A DNA stretch of 24,934 bases from a virus (taxonomy: Duplodnaviria > Caudoviricetes), in IMG/VR virus record IMGVR_UViG_3300032279_000064, positions 1-24,934 of that record; one strand, written 5' to 3'. A model generated the notes under the pieces. The model was not told the origin of the DNA. It ran no database searches and was given only the letters and a program-made list of their open reading frames with translations. Positions 8,339 through 16,456 of this stretch are shown here, piece after piece. A program made the position numbers and the translations under genes. The number at the start of each line of letters is the position of its first letter. Positions within the stretch are counted from its first letter, which is position 1.

Positions 8339-8932
8339 ATGATAGGAAATCAAGCCAAGGACCACCCGCTAGTGCAGAAGGCAATTGAATTTGCTACGGC
8401 TGCACATGAATCCATTGGGCAACGTCGCAAGTATAGCGATGAGCCATATATTGTGCATCCGCTGCATGTGATGGATCTCCTCCTGGAACATGCTGTAAAT
8501 GCTGTCACTCCTGAAATGTTGGCTGCGGCGGCTCTGCATGATACGGTGGAAGATACGCCCATCACCATGGAGCAGATTCAGGATGAGTTTGGTGCCCATG
8601 TGGCTGACCTAGTATCAGACCTTACTGATGTGTCTGTGCCGTCAGATGGTTCGCGTCGTGTAAGAAAGGCAATTGATCTTGTGCACACTGCGGCTGCCTC
8701 TGCTCAAGCTCACACAATTAAATGTGCGGACATCGTATCCAATGCTCCAAGCATAACTGAACACAATCCAGGTTTTGCTCGCAAGTGGCTTGCAGAAGCA
8801 GCAGCCATCCTCACAGTTTGTTCAGATGCAGATCCTGGTGTGCTCGCAGAAGCGCAACGTGTGGTGCAGGAGTGTTTGAACAGTTCGTGGCGCTCCTGCA
8901 CAGTGATGACCAGGAGTGTCACAACACTTTGA
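8339..8932 (+). CDS. HD-domain hydrolase, RelA/SpoT hydrolase (Mesh1/small alarmone hydrolase)-like
   Basis: AIEFA..AH...Q.RK...EPYIVHP..V...AAALHDTVEDT...FG..VA.LV..LTD...IKCAD..SN. Confidence 0.85.
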   Translation: MIGNQAKDHPLVQKAIEFATAAHESIGQRRKYSDEPYIVHPLHVMDLLLEHAVNAVTPEMLAAAALHDTVEDTPITMEQIQDEFGAHVADLVSDLTDVSVPSDGSRRVRKAIDLVHTAAASAQAHTIKCADIVSNAPSITEHNPGFARKWLAEAAAILTVCSDADPGVLAEAQRVVQECLNSSWRSCTVMTRSVTTL

Positions 8933-8959
8933 TACCCATAACAGTATGTGCATAATCTG

Positions 8960-8987
8960 TTGACACATATGCAACTCATGTTATAAT
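8960..8987 (+). promoter_or_regulatory. Sigma70-like early promoter, extended -10
   Basis: TTGACA-16 nt-TATAAT with a TG extension. GGAG Shine-Dalgarno at 9001-9004. Confidence 0.8.
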
Positions 8988-9012
8988 CAGGCAACAGAAT
9001 GGAGTCCACATA

Positions 9013-10338
9013 ATGAATAATGCAGCGCAAGTCATACAAGCGTTGGGTGCCACCAACAGCAGGTTGGACAAAGAAGCCATCATCCAGCAAGCGTTTGATG
9101 CAGGTTGTGCTGAGTTCTTTGAGGGTGCTCGCATGGCGCTGGATGTGTTGACCACATACGGCGTCAAGCAGCTTCCAGAATCAGAGTCTGCATCAGGCAC
9201 CATGACATGGGATCAGTTTAAACATTTGGCTGATCAGCTGGCCACTCGCAAACTATCAGGCAATGCTGCACGAGCTGCTATCACATGTGCAGCCAACAAC
9301 ACACCTGCTGTTGTGTGGAACACATGGTATCGCCGCATACTTTTACAAGATCTAAAGTGTGGTACTAGTGAGAAGACCATCAACACTGTGCTCAGTCGTA
9401 ATGGTAAGGCAGGTAAGGCATGGGAGGTGCCGGTGTTCAGTTGCCAGCTGGCCAAACCTGCTGATGATCATGCCAAGAAGATGGTGGGAGTAAAGCTAGT
9501 GGATCGCAAGTATGACGGTGTAAGGCTGTTGACTGTGATTCAGAAGAGTGGAGTAGTGCAGCAGTTCACTCGCAACGGTATCCAGAACAAGAACTTTCAA
9601 CACATCTGTGACATGCTGAGTGCCCTTGCACCAGACTTGGCAGAGGACATGGTGCTGGATGGGGAAATCATCAGCGCCAACTTCCAGGCACTCATGACAC
9701 AGGTCAACCGTAAGGGTGCAGTAGACACTTCAGACAGCCGCCTCATGTTGTTTGACATGATTCCGCTTAAGGCGTTCCGCACAGGTGAGCACAAGGTGGG
9801 ACAGATGGTGCGTCACAAGAACCTTTGTGCACTTGAGACTCGTTTGGCAGAACTCACTCAAGGTGTGGTGGCTGTGGAGCCCAAGCTGGAAGTCAACCTG
9901 GACACTGTGGAAGGACAAGCTGCACTGCAATTGTTCAACCGTGAGGTGTTGGCAGAGGGCTTGGAAGGGGTCATGATCAAGGACCCTCATGCATCATACA
10001 AGACCAAGCGATCAGATGCCTGGTTGAAAATTAAGCCCTTTCAAACTTTCGACTTGACTATTGTTGCAGTGGAAGAGGGTGAAGGCAAGTTTGTGGGCAC
10101 CCTGGGGGCACTGGTGTGTGAAGGTGAAGACCAAGGCCGTAAGATCCGTGTGAACGTGGGCTCAGGGTTTTCCGAAGCTCAGCGTGCAGAAATTTGGGCC
10201 AATCGCACACACATGATGGGTCGTGTGGTGGAGATCAAGGGTGATGCACTCACCATGGATCAAAATCAAGACACCTGGAGTTTGCGCTTTCCAGTGTTCA
10301 TGCAGTTCCGTGGATTCACTGCACACGAGAAGATCTAG
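9013..10338 (+). CDS. lig: ATP-dependent DNA ligase
   Basis: Motif I KYDGVR, VLDGEI, FDMI, EGVMIK, WLKIK; OB fold with VGSGFS and SLRFPVF. Confidence 0.95.
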   Translation: MNNAAQVIQALGATNSRLDKEAIIQQAFDAGCAEFFEGARMALDVLTTYGVKQLPESESASGTMTWDQFKHLADQLATRKLSGNAARAAITCAANNTPAVVWNTWYRRILLQDLKCGTSEKTINTVLSRNGKAGKAWEVPVFSCQLAKPADDHAKKMVGVKLVDRKYDGVRLLTVIQKSGVVQQFTRNGIQNKNFQHICDMLSALAPDLAEDMVLDGEIISANFQALMTQVNRKGAVDTSDSRLMLFDMIPLKAFRTGEHKVGQMVRHKNLCALETRLAELTQGVVAVEPKLEVNLDTVEGQAALQLFNREVLAEGLEGVMIKDPHASYKTKRSDAWLKIKPFQTFDLTIVAVEEGEGKFVGTLGALVCEGEDQGRKIRVNVGSGFSEAQRAEIWANRTHMMGRVVEIKGDALTMDQNQDTWSLRFPVFMQFRGFTAHEKI

Positions 10339-10601
10339 TGCAGGTTCTGGTACAAACCTGGCAAGTGGGTGCACATCATGCATTTTATTGTGTGAACAAA
10401 CACATCAAGGCACAAATTGTGCACATGTGTCGCACCCAGTTGGGACGCAGTCATGGTGAGCTGAGTGCATGGTGTGTGAGCCATCGTACACACCCAGAGA
10501 TTGACTTGCTAAATCCCAGGATGCAATTTTATAACAAAATTCCTGTTGTGATGGTGAGGGACGTCAACATGGTCACACAATTAAAATTGATGTTTACCTG
10601 A
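10338..10601 (+). CDS. Hypothetical protein
   Basis: GTG overlaps the ligase TAG and the ORF fills the gap up to the next promoter. No recognisable motif. Confidence 0.5.
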   Translation: MQVLVQTWQVGAHHAFYCVNKHIKAQIVHMCRTQLGRSHGELSAWCVSHRTHPEIDLLNPRMQFYNKIPVVMVRDVNMVTQLKLMFT

Positions 10602-10619
10602 ACAGGACCCATCAGTGGG

Positions 10620-10647
10620 TAGACACAAGTGCATCATGTGTTACTAT
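10620..10647 (+). promoter_or_regulatory. Sigma70-like early promoter, extended -10
   Basis: TAGACA-16 nt-TACTAT with a TG extension, the same geometry as the three upstream promoters. Confidence 0.6.
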
Positions 10648-10671
10648 AAATCACAAAACAAGGATATCACT

Positions 10672-11703
10672 GTGGACAAGCGTATAGGCTATTGTTGCAA
10701 GCTGCTAACTGAGCAGACGTTTGACAACAAAAAGGCTGCTGTGGCCTGGCAAGAGGCACATAATGGTAAGAGCACCACAGTGGCTTATCTGGACAAGCTG
10801 TCATATGTGCAAGCTGTGGAAAAGGTGCGTGGTATCATTGCACACAATCAGCAGGCCCTCATGCGCCAATTTCAAGTTGTCTCCACTTGGCCCCAAGCTC
10901 TGCACATGGTGAGGTTGGGTAGTGAGCAGATGCCTGTGAGGACCTTTCCCAAGTACAAAGGCATATATGACGAGCCTGTGATCCGTGCACAGCAATCGGA
11001 ATGGCAGCTGGTGGGTGACCTGGCTCGCAAATTGGATCTGCGATTGAGTTCACATCCTGGGCCATATACCATCATAACTTCTGACAATGCTGATGTTGTG
11101 TCTCGTGCTATTGAGGATCTGGATTATCATGCAGAGCTGTTTGAGCTCATGGGTTATGATGCCACAGACCAACGACAGGAAATCAACATTCATGGTGGCC
11201 CCAAGTGTACAGACTTTGCACACCGTTTCACACATGCATTTTCCAGACTGAGCAAACATTGTCAACAGTGGCTGAGTTTGGAGAATGATGAGTTCAGCCA
11301 CTGTGTGGACGACCTGCTGTGTGTGAGTCACATGGTAAAGATTTGCATGGACATCAACCATTATTGGATTCACACAGGTGAGCACATGGAACCTGATGAT
11401 ACACGCATTCCACAAATTGTGGATTCATGGCGAGGAGTGAGGCCCGAAATGCACATTGCATGGCCTGCGGAAATTTACATGAAACACCATGCACCTGATC
11501 AGCTGCCTGACATGGACACATTACTCACAGAAGGTTACAAAAAGACCAAACTGCGAGCACACAGTGATTATGCATGGATTCCGGCTGTCACAGATCATGT
11601 GCTTCAGTTTTGGGATCAGTTTGACTTGTGTGTGGAAGCCAAAATGAAAAACTTGGCTTCACAGCAAGTTTATTCACGTGCATGTGAATTGGGTTTGACA
11701 TAA
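10672..11703 (+). CDS. uvsE: UV DNA damage endonuclease (UvsE/UVDE)
   Basis: RIGYCC, RLGSE, RLSSHPGPYT, NIHGG, LSLENDE, DINHYW, P.MH, RAHSDY, VEAKMKNLA. GTG 10672 follows AAGGA. Confidence 0.92.
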   Translation: MDKRIGYCCKLLTEQTFDNKKAAVAWQEAHNGKSTTVAYLDKLSYVQAVEKVRGIIAHNQQALMRQFQVVSTWPQALHMVRLGSEQMPVRTFPKYKGIYDEPVIRAQQSEWQLVGDLARKLDLRLSSHPGPYTIITSDNADVVSRAIEDLDYHAELFELMGYDATDQRQEINIHGGPKCTDFAHRFTHAFSRLSKHCQQWLSLENDEFSHCVDDLLCVSHMVKICMDINHYWIHTGEHMEPDDTRIPQIVDSWRGVRPEMHIAWPAEIYMKHHAPDQLPDMDTLLTEGYKKTKLRAHSDYAWIPAVTDHVLQFWDQFDLCVEAKMKNLASQQVYSRACELGLT

Positions 11704-11754
11704 ATTAAACTATAGTATTAAATATTCTACTTATAACACACAGGAGATACTTTC

Positions 11755-12135
11755 ATGAAAAACCTACCTTCTTGGGGTAAACATCTAGTTGTAGATGCAT
11801 CCGGTTGTAATCAAGCCATTAATGATAAGGATGCTATTGTTCGTTTTGCCAAGCAGCTAGTTAAAGACATTGACATGGTTGCGTTTGGCGAACCCCAAGT
11901 GGAATGGTTTGCTGACCATGATCCCAACAAGGCAGGATTCACGTTAGTGCAGCTAATTGAAACCTCTGCAATTGTGTGTCATTACGTGCCAAAGACTTGG
12001 ACCCTACATCTGGACGTGTTTTCTTGTATGGATTTTGACAGCCAGACAGTTATTGAGCTACTGCGTGAATACTTTGGTGTTCAGGCTTGGAATCAGCGCG
12101 ACTTTTCCAGAGAAGCTCCTGACTTGAGTTCATGA
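11755..12135 (+). CDS. speD: S-adenosylmethionine decarboxylase proenzyme family (pyruvoyl-dependent)
   Basis: GKHLVVD..GC, GFT.VQLIETS.I..H, LDVFSC..FD. AGGAG Shine-Dalgarno; TAAATA at 11719-11724 upstream. Confidence 0.85.
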   Translation: MKNLPSWGKHLVVDASGCNQAINDKDAIVRFAKQLVKDIDMVAFGEPQVEWFADHDPNKAGFTLVQLIETSAIVCHYVPKTWTLHLDVFSCMDFDSQTVIELLREYFGVQAWNQRDFSREAPDLSS

Positions 12136-12164
12136 GACTCACACAACTGACGGAAGCCCTTAAC

Positions 12165-12357
12165 ATACAAGAGCTTGAGAGTTAAGCTCTTGTATCTCGT
12201 TAGGAACATTTGTCCATCACGACCCATGCAACTGCATCACTCCATGATGCAGTTGCATCAACTCAAACAACAGTTATTGGCTTGTGAAGACACCAGTTAT
12301 CAGGTATTGATTTCCTAATGAGGGAAATCAGTCATGCACATAATGCGTTTGTGCATG
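12165..12357. terminator. Cluster of four perfect inverted repeats between convergent transcription units (terminator or structured RNA/DNA element)
   Basis: Stems 12165-12176/12184-12195 (12 bp), 12226-12239/12245-12258 (14 bp), 12308-12315/12323-12330 (8 bp), 12333-12340/12350-12357 (8 bp). The stems are certain; the function is not. Confidence 0.5.
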
Positions 12358-12366
12358 CAGAGGGTG

Positions 12367-12660
12367 TCACTCCTCATGAATGGATTCATGCTCACAAATC
12401 TGCAACTTCAGGTCTGAGTCACCCTTGATCAGTCTGTGATACACTCCTGCTGGTATCTCAAATACATCGCCCACACATAACTCAAATGGCAGTTGATTAT
12501 CCAATTGAAACTGCCATTTATCACCCTTCATAACTCTCACCTGTCTGATTGCATGATCTCTGTGCCACACAAGCTCTGACTCCTGAACATGTGTACTGAA
12601 TGTTCTTTCAAACTCATGTGCAGTTAGGGGGGTGTGATCATAGGGTGATTGACTCACCAT
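12367..12660 (-). CDS. Cupin-fold protein
   Basis: ELVWHRD...V.V..G..W.FQ...L..GD.F.IPAGVYHRLIKG cupin-like motif pair. Confidence 0.7.
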   Translation of the reverse strand: MVSQSPYDHTPLTAHEFERTFSTHVQESELVWHRDHAIRQVRVMKGDKWQFQLDNQLPFELCVGDVFEIPAGVYHRLIKGDSDLKLQICEHESIHEE

Positions 12661-13139
12661 CTGGCATTTGCCTTGTATCCAGCCTTAATGAGTTTTGCTG
12701 CTGCCTTAATTGCACCTGGTTTACCTTGTCCCAGATACTTGTAGATTATGTCCAGTACTGGATCAGGTGCATCTTTCAGACTCAAATGTTCTAATTTGAG
12801 TAGTCGCAACAGAGGCAACTGTTTACGCCAGGTGACCCAACACAATGCGCCCACATGATCAGGCAATCCTTCCAGACTCACAAGTGGATTGTACACGCAA
12901 CTGAAATATAATCCTGTTTGTGTGGGACTACCTATCAGAGTGGTCAGATTGTTATGCTCACAGTTGAACTGACCTCCCACCTGATCAAACTGCACGGGTA
13001 ACTGATCCACTTTGATCTTGCTTTTTAGATTCATGTTGCCTGTACAGCTGACCACACCAGTTGTTGGGTCAACACTGATTCGACCTGTGTGATCAAAATG
13101 ATGTTCAACCAGTTGTTCGATCTCATCCACATTCACCAT
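12654..13139 (-). CDS. LRR-like repeat protein, paralog 5 (2 repeats)
   Basis: N-cap ending LPVQFDQVGGQFNC, 21-aa repeats, C-cap LPLLRLL...GKPGAIKAAAKLIKAGYKANARW. Confidence 0.85.
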   Translation of the reverse strand: MVNVDEIEQLVEHHFDHTGRISVDPTTGVVSCTGNMNLKSKIKVDQLPVQFDQVGGQFNCEHNNLTTLIGSPTQTGLYFSCVYNPLVSLEGLPDHVGALCWVTWRKQLPLLRLLKLEHLSLKDAPDPVLDIIYKYLGQGKPGAIKAAAKLIKAGYKANARW

Positions 13140-13882
13140 CTGGCATTATCCTTGTATCCTGCACGGATCAATTCCACAGCAGCTTTAATTGCACCTGGTT
13201 TACCTTCACCTGCATGGTTATGCATGATTGTGGATACCTGTTTGGGAGCGCCCACCATGTTCACTGTTTTAGCATGCACAGTGAGCAGTTGCAACAATGA
13301 TAAATTCTTTTTCCAATCACAGTCAAAGGAGTCTCCAACCTTTTGTGGTGCGCCCTGAAAGCTTTTCAAAGGATTGTATCTACAGTCGTATCTGTCCCCC
13401 ACCTGATCAGGACCACCCTCCAAGCTGATCAGTTTATTACTACCACAATGAAATGTGCCTCCCACTGATCTGGGAGCACCGTGCAGACTGGTTAACCGAT
13501 TACGGTCGCAGGAGAACCAGTCACCCACTTGTTCTGGAGCACCCATCAAGTTGGTGAGCTGATTATGCATACAGCTGAATCCCCCATGCACCACACGGGG
13601 CGCACCCTCAAGATCTGTGAGCAGATTACTAAAGCAAAAAAAGCTACCATGTACAGTGTGTGGTGAACCTTTGAGACTGGTCACACCTTTTTCGTAACAG
13701 GCAAAATCGCCCTTGACTGTGCCAAACTGCACATGGAATTGGCCTTGGCTGGCTTCCGCCCCCTTAAATTTGACATCACCCTTCACATCCACTTCGCCCG
13801 TTTGTGGATTTACCTCAAAGGCACCTGGGGTAATATTGAAATGCTTTCTTACGTCTCTGCTGATTTGTTTTACATCTACCAT
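13133..13882 (-). CDS. LRR-like repeat protein, paralog 4 (6 repeats)
   Basis: Six SLxGAPxxVxGxFxCxxNxLT-type units; C-terminus AGYKDNARW. Confidence 0.9.
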   Translation of the reverse strand: MVDVKQISRDVRKHFNITPGAFEVNPQTGEVDVKGDVKFKGAEASQGQFHVQFGTVKGDFACYEKGVTSLKGSPHTVHGSFFCFSNLLTDLEGAPRVVHGGFSCMHNQLTNLMGAPEQVGDWFSCDRNRLTSLHGAPRSVGGTFHCGSNKLISLEGGPDQVGDRYDCRYNPLKSFQGAPQKVGDSFDCDWKKNLSLLQLLTVHAKTVNMVGAPKQVSTIMHNHAGEGKPGAIKAAVELIRAGYKDNARW

Positions 13883-14547
13883 CTGGCGTTCTCCTTGTAT
13901 CCTGCTCGGATCAGTTCCGCTGCTGCCTTGACCATGCCAGGTTTACCTTGCCCTGCATATTTCTCCAGGATGGCAGCAATTTCTGTGGGCACGTTGTATA
14001 TGTAAACCACACGCTTGGGATAATTTAACAATCGCAACAAGGGTAAAGTGTGTGAATAGCTAACCACCACATGTTTCCCCACATGTGCAGGAACACCTTC
14101 CAAACTTGTGAGAGGATTTCTATTACACACAAATGAGTCGCCCACGTGACTGGGTGCACCTTTCAGATCAGAGAGCTGATTGTTTTGGCAAAGGAATGAT
14201 CCTGCCACATGTGTGGGAGCCCCTTCCAGACTGGTGAGCAGATTGTAGTTGCATGTGAAGGATCCGCCCACATGTGTGGGTGCGCCCATCAAATTTGTGA
14301 GGCGGTTTTCATCACAGTGGAAACTGCCCTCCACATGTGTGGGACAATTGATCAGACTGGTTATTTGACTATTTCCCAAATCACAGTCTCCTGTCACTTT
14401 ACCAAATTGCACAGGCACATGATTCAGTATGATGCGATTGTACACACCGCCCTTCACATGCACAACACCTTGATCTGTTATGTTCACTTTGCCTGTGACA
14501 TGGAAGTGTGTGTCCAGCAGGGTTTCTATTTCTTTCTTGTTCACCAT
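13876..14547 (-). CDS. LRR-like repeat protein, paralog 3 (5 repeats)
   Basis: Five units; C-terminus AGYKENARW. Confidence 0.9.
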   Translation of the reverse strand: MVNKKEIETLLDTHFHVTGKVNITDQGVVHVKGGVYNRIILNHVPVQFGKVTGDCDLGNSQITSLINCPTHVEGSFHCDENRLTNLMGAPTHVGGSFTCNYNLLTSLEGAPTHVAGSFLCQNNQLSDLKGAPSHVGDSFVCNRNPLTSLEGVPAHVGKHVVVSYSHTLPLLRLLNYPKRVVYIYNVPTEIAAILEKYAGQGKPGMVKAAAELIRAGYKENARW

Positions 14548-15185
14548 CTGGCGTTATCCTTATAATAATTAGCGAACTCATCATGACGACCTGCTTTGAT
14601 CAGTTCAGCAGCACAGGATAATGCTGCCTTCTTGCCTTGTCCTGCATATTTTTTTAAGATCCTGGTTATGGACACTGGTGCTCTTTTTAAATCAACTGAG
14701 TGATAATTCAACAGTCTTAACAACGGCAATTGTATGTGGTAGTCACACTGAAAGCATTCACTTAAAATCCGGTTTTCACCCGCATGGGCAGGGGCACCTT
14801 CCAAGCTGGTGAGCTTGTTCCATGAGCAAAAAAAGCCCATACCCACATATGATGGGGCGCCCACCAAGTTGCTGAGTTTATTATTTTCGCATACAAAACT
14901 GCCACCCACATGTGTGGGCGCACCCACTAAACTTGTAAGCCAATTTCCATTACACCAAACATTACCTCCCACATGATGTGGTGATCCCACCAAGCTGGTG
15001 AGTGTTTTATCTTCACAATCAAATGCACCACTCACTGTGCCAAATTGCACAGGTAGCTGTAATGTTCTCTTTATCATTCTCACATCACCCTGAACATTTA
15101 CTGTGCCATCAGGTGATATGTCCAAAACACCGTGTATATAAAAATAATCATCCAGTTGTTCCCTAATATGGTTTGGGTTCACCAT
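14541..15185 (-). CDS. LRR-like repeat protein, paralog 2 (4 repeats)
   Basis: Four units; the C-cap carries an 8-aa insertion (RHDEFANY) before YKDNARW. Confidence 0.9.
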   Translation of the reverse strand: MVNPNHIREQLDDYFYIHGVLDISPDGTVNVQGDVRMIKRTLQLPVQFGTVSGAFDCEDKTLTSLVGSPHHVGGNVWCNGNWLTSLVGAPTHVGGSFVCENNKLSNLVGAPSYVGMGFFCSWNKLTSLEGAPAHAGENRILSECFQCDYHIQLPLLRLLNYHSVDLKRAPVSITRILKKYAGQGKKAALSCAAELIKAGRHDEFANYYKDNARW

Positions 15186-15874
15186 CTGGCGTTCTCCTTG
15201 TATCCTGCTCTGATCAGTTCAACTGCTGCCTTGATGGCGCCAGCACGACCTGTGCCTGCATATTTGAGCATGATTTCATTCACCGTGGCATGCGACTGTT
15301 GAGTGGCTTCATCAAATCTGAAATGCACATCTGGGTACATCAACAGTCTGAGCATGGGCGCATGCTTGAGATAGGGCAGTTGCACACTTAAACAACTTTC
15401 AGGTAGGTGATCGTAATTCTCTAGTGGATTCTGATGCACATCAAATATGCCTTTCACAACGCGAGGTGCACCCACCAAACTGGTGAGTGCACACTTGTAT
15501 GCAAGAAAATCCCCACCCACCCATGTGGGAGCTCCTTGTAACGATGTCAATTTATAGCAGTGATATGCATAAAATGAACCTGGAACATGACTGGGGGCAT
15601 GAGTTAAGTCTTTGATGCGAGTGCGTGCCACACTCACATCCCGACCCACTGAGTGGGGAAATCCCTTCAAGCTGTTCAAACGGGGAAGACCCGCACTGTG
15701 GAAGGATCTGGCGAATCTGCCTGTGACTGTGCCAAATTGCACGTTGAGATAATTCACATTTGTTTTGTAGTCCACATTACCCACCACATCCACAACCCCA
15801 TCAGCTGTGATCTCATAATCACCATCAATATCCACTTGTTTTTTCAGCATCTGCTCTATATCACTTTTATTCAT
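15179..15874 (-). CDS. LRR-like repeat protein, paralog 1 (5 more degenerate repeats)
   Basis: VQFGTVTG.F cap, units such as SLQGAPTWVGGDFLAYKCALT, C-terminus AGYKENARW. Confidence 0.85.
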   Translation of the reverse strand: MNKSDIEQMLKKQVDIDGDYEITADGVVDVVGNVDYKTNVNYLNVQFGTVTGRFARSFHSAGLPRLNSLKGFPHSVGRDVSVARTRIKDLTHAPSHVPGSFYAYHCYKLTSLQGAPTWVGGDFLAYKCALTSLVGAPRVVKGIFDVHQNPLENYDHLPESCLSVQLPYLKHAPMLRLLMYPDVHFRFDEATQQSHATVNEIMLKYAGTGRAGAIKAAVELIRAGYKENARW

Positions 15875-15877
15875 AAA

Positions 15878-16450
15878 TCACCACCATTGTGCATTAATAG
15901 GAGATAAGCCCAAACTCTTGGTAAATCGGGGCAGTCTACATGACCAGTAACTGGCCTTTGTTTTGTCCTTCCTTTCGGCACATTTGTGACGAGCTGCAAA
16001 ACTGGCTCTGCGTGCAGGATCTTGTATCTTCACACTCAGTTCTGTGCTACCAAATGTGACTCTCTTTACTCTATCAGTCTTGGGATCCTGCACATACACA
16101 TAATACTTTTTGGGACCACCTCTTTTGGGTTTGTTCAGCTGCACAGTTTTGCCCTGATACTCTGCTTCCAGTACGTGATCCGGTGTTTGCATGATCACAT
16201 CCAGAGGCACTTGGGCACCTTCAAATAGTGCAAATTCACCTATTTGTGTGCGCAGTAACTCTTGATCTGATTCATGCAGCTGAGATCTTTGTGCGTCTGT
16301 TAACATTTTGGCTTGGCGAAAGTACTCAAACCAAGCTTCACTAAAGATTCGAAAGGGGTTATCCAACAACCTGGTATTACGCTGGATACTCTCGGTGAGA
16401 GCTTGTTGTGCCACGTGTGTGTGCGATGTGAGCAGGTCTGATATCTTCAT
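15878..16450 (-). CDS. Conserved T4-like phage protein with a basic C-terminal domain; probable virion internal protein
   Basis: Start refined to MKISDLL (ATG 16450, 7 nt after TAAATA). The AEYQGKTVQLNKP...KKYYVYV.DP...FG...RRASFAARHKC...KTKASYWSC domain is one I recall from aquatic T4-like phages. Confidence 0.75.
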   Translation of the reverse strand: MKISDLLTSHTHVAQQALTESIQRNTRLLDNPFRIFSEAWFEYFRQAKMLTDAQRSQLHESDQELLRTQIGEFALFEGAQVPLDVIMQTPDHVLEAEYQGKTVQLNKPKRGGPKKYYVYVQDPKTDRVKRVTFGSTELSVKIQDPARRASFAARHKCAERKDKTKASYWSCRLPRFTKSLGLSPINAQWW

Positions 16451-16456
16451 GATGTG

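Noticed and set aside
11695-11724. TTGACA at 11695 as a fifth 16-nt-spacer early promoter
   Set aside because: No good -10 hexamer at 16-17 nt; the TAAATA at 11719 is the better candidate.
12226-12318. 30-codon ORF MQLHHSMMQLHQLKQQLLACEDTSYQVLIS in the hairpin region
   Set aside because: No RBS, and its start codon is buried in the 14-bp stem.
12136-12366. tRNA in the structured gap
   Set aside because: No cloverleaf and no T-loop GTTC motif; the stems are sequential and too long.
12654-15874. LRR array as a diversity-generating retroelement target or integron array
   Set aside because: No reverse transcriptase or integrase in the window, no near-identical template/variable pair differing only at adenines, and no attC-like palindromes between the overlapping genes.
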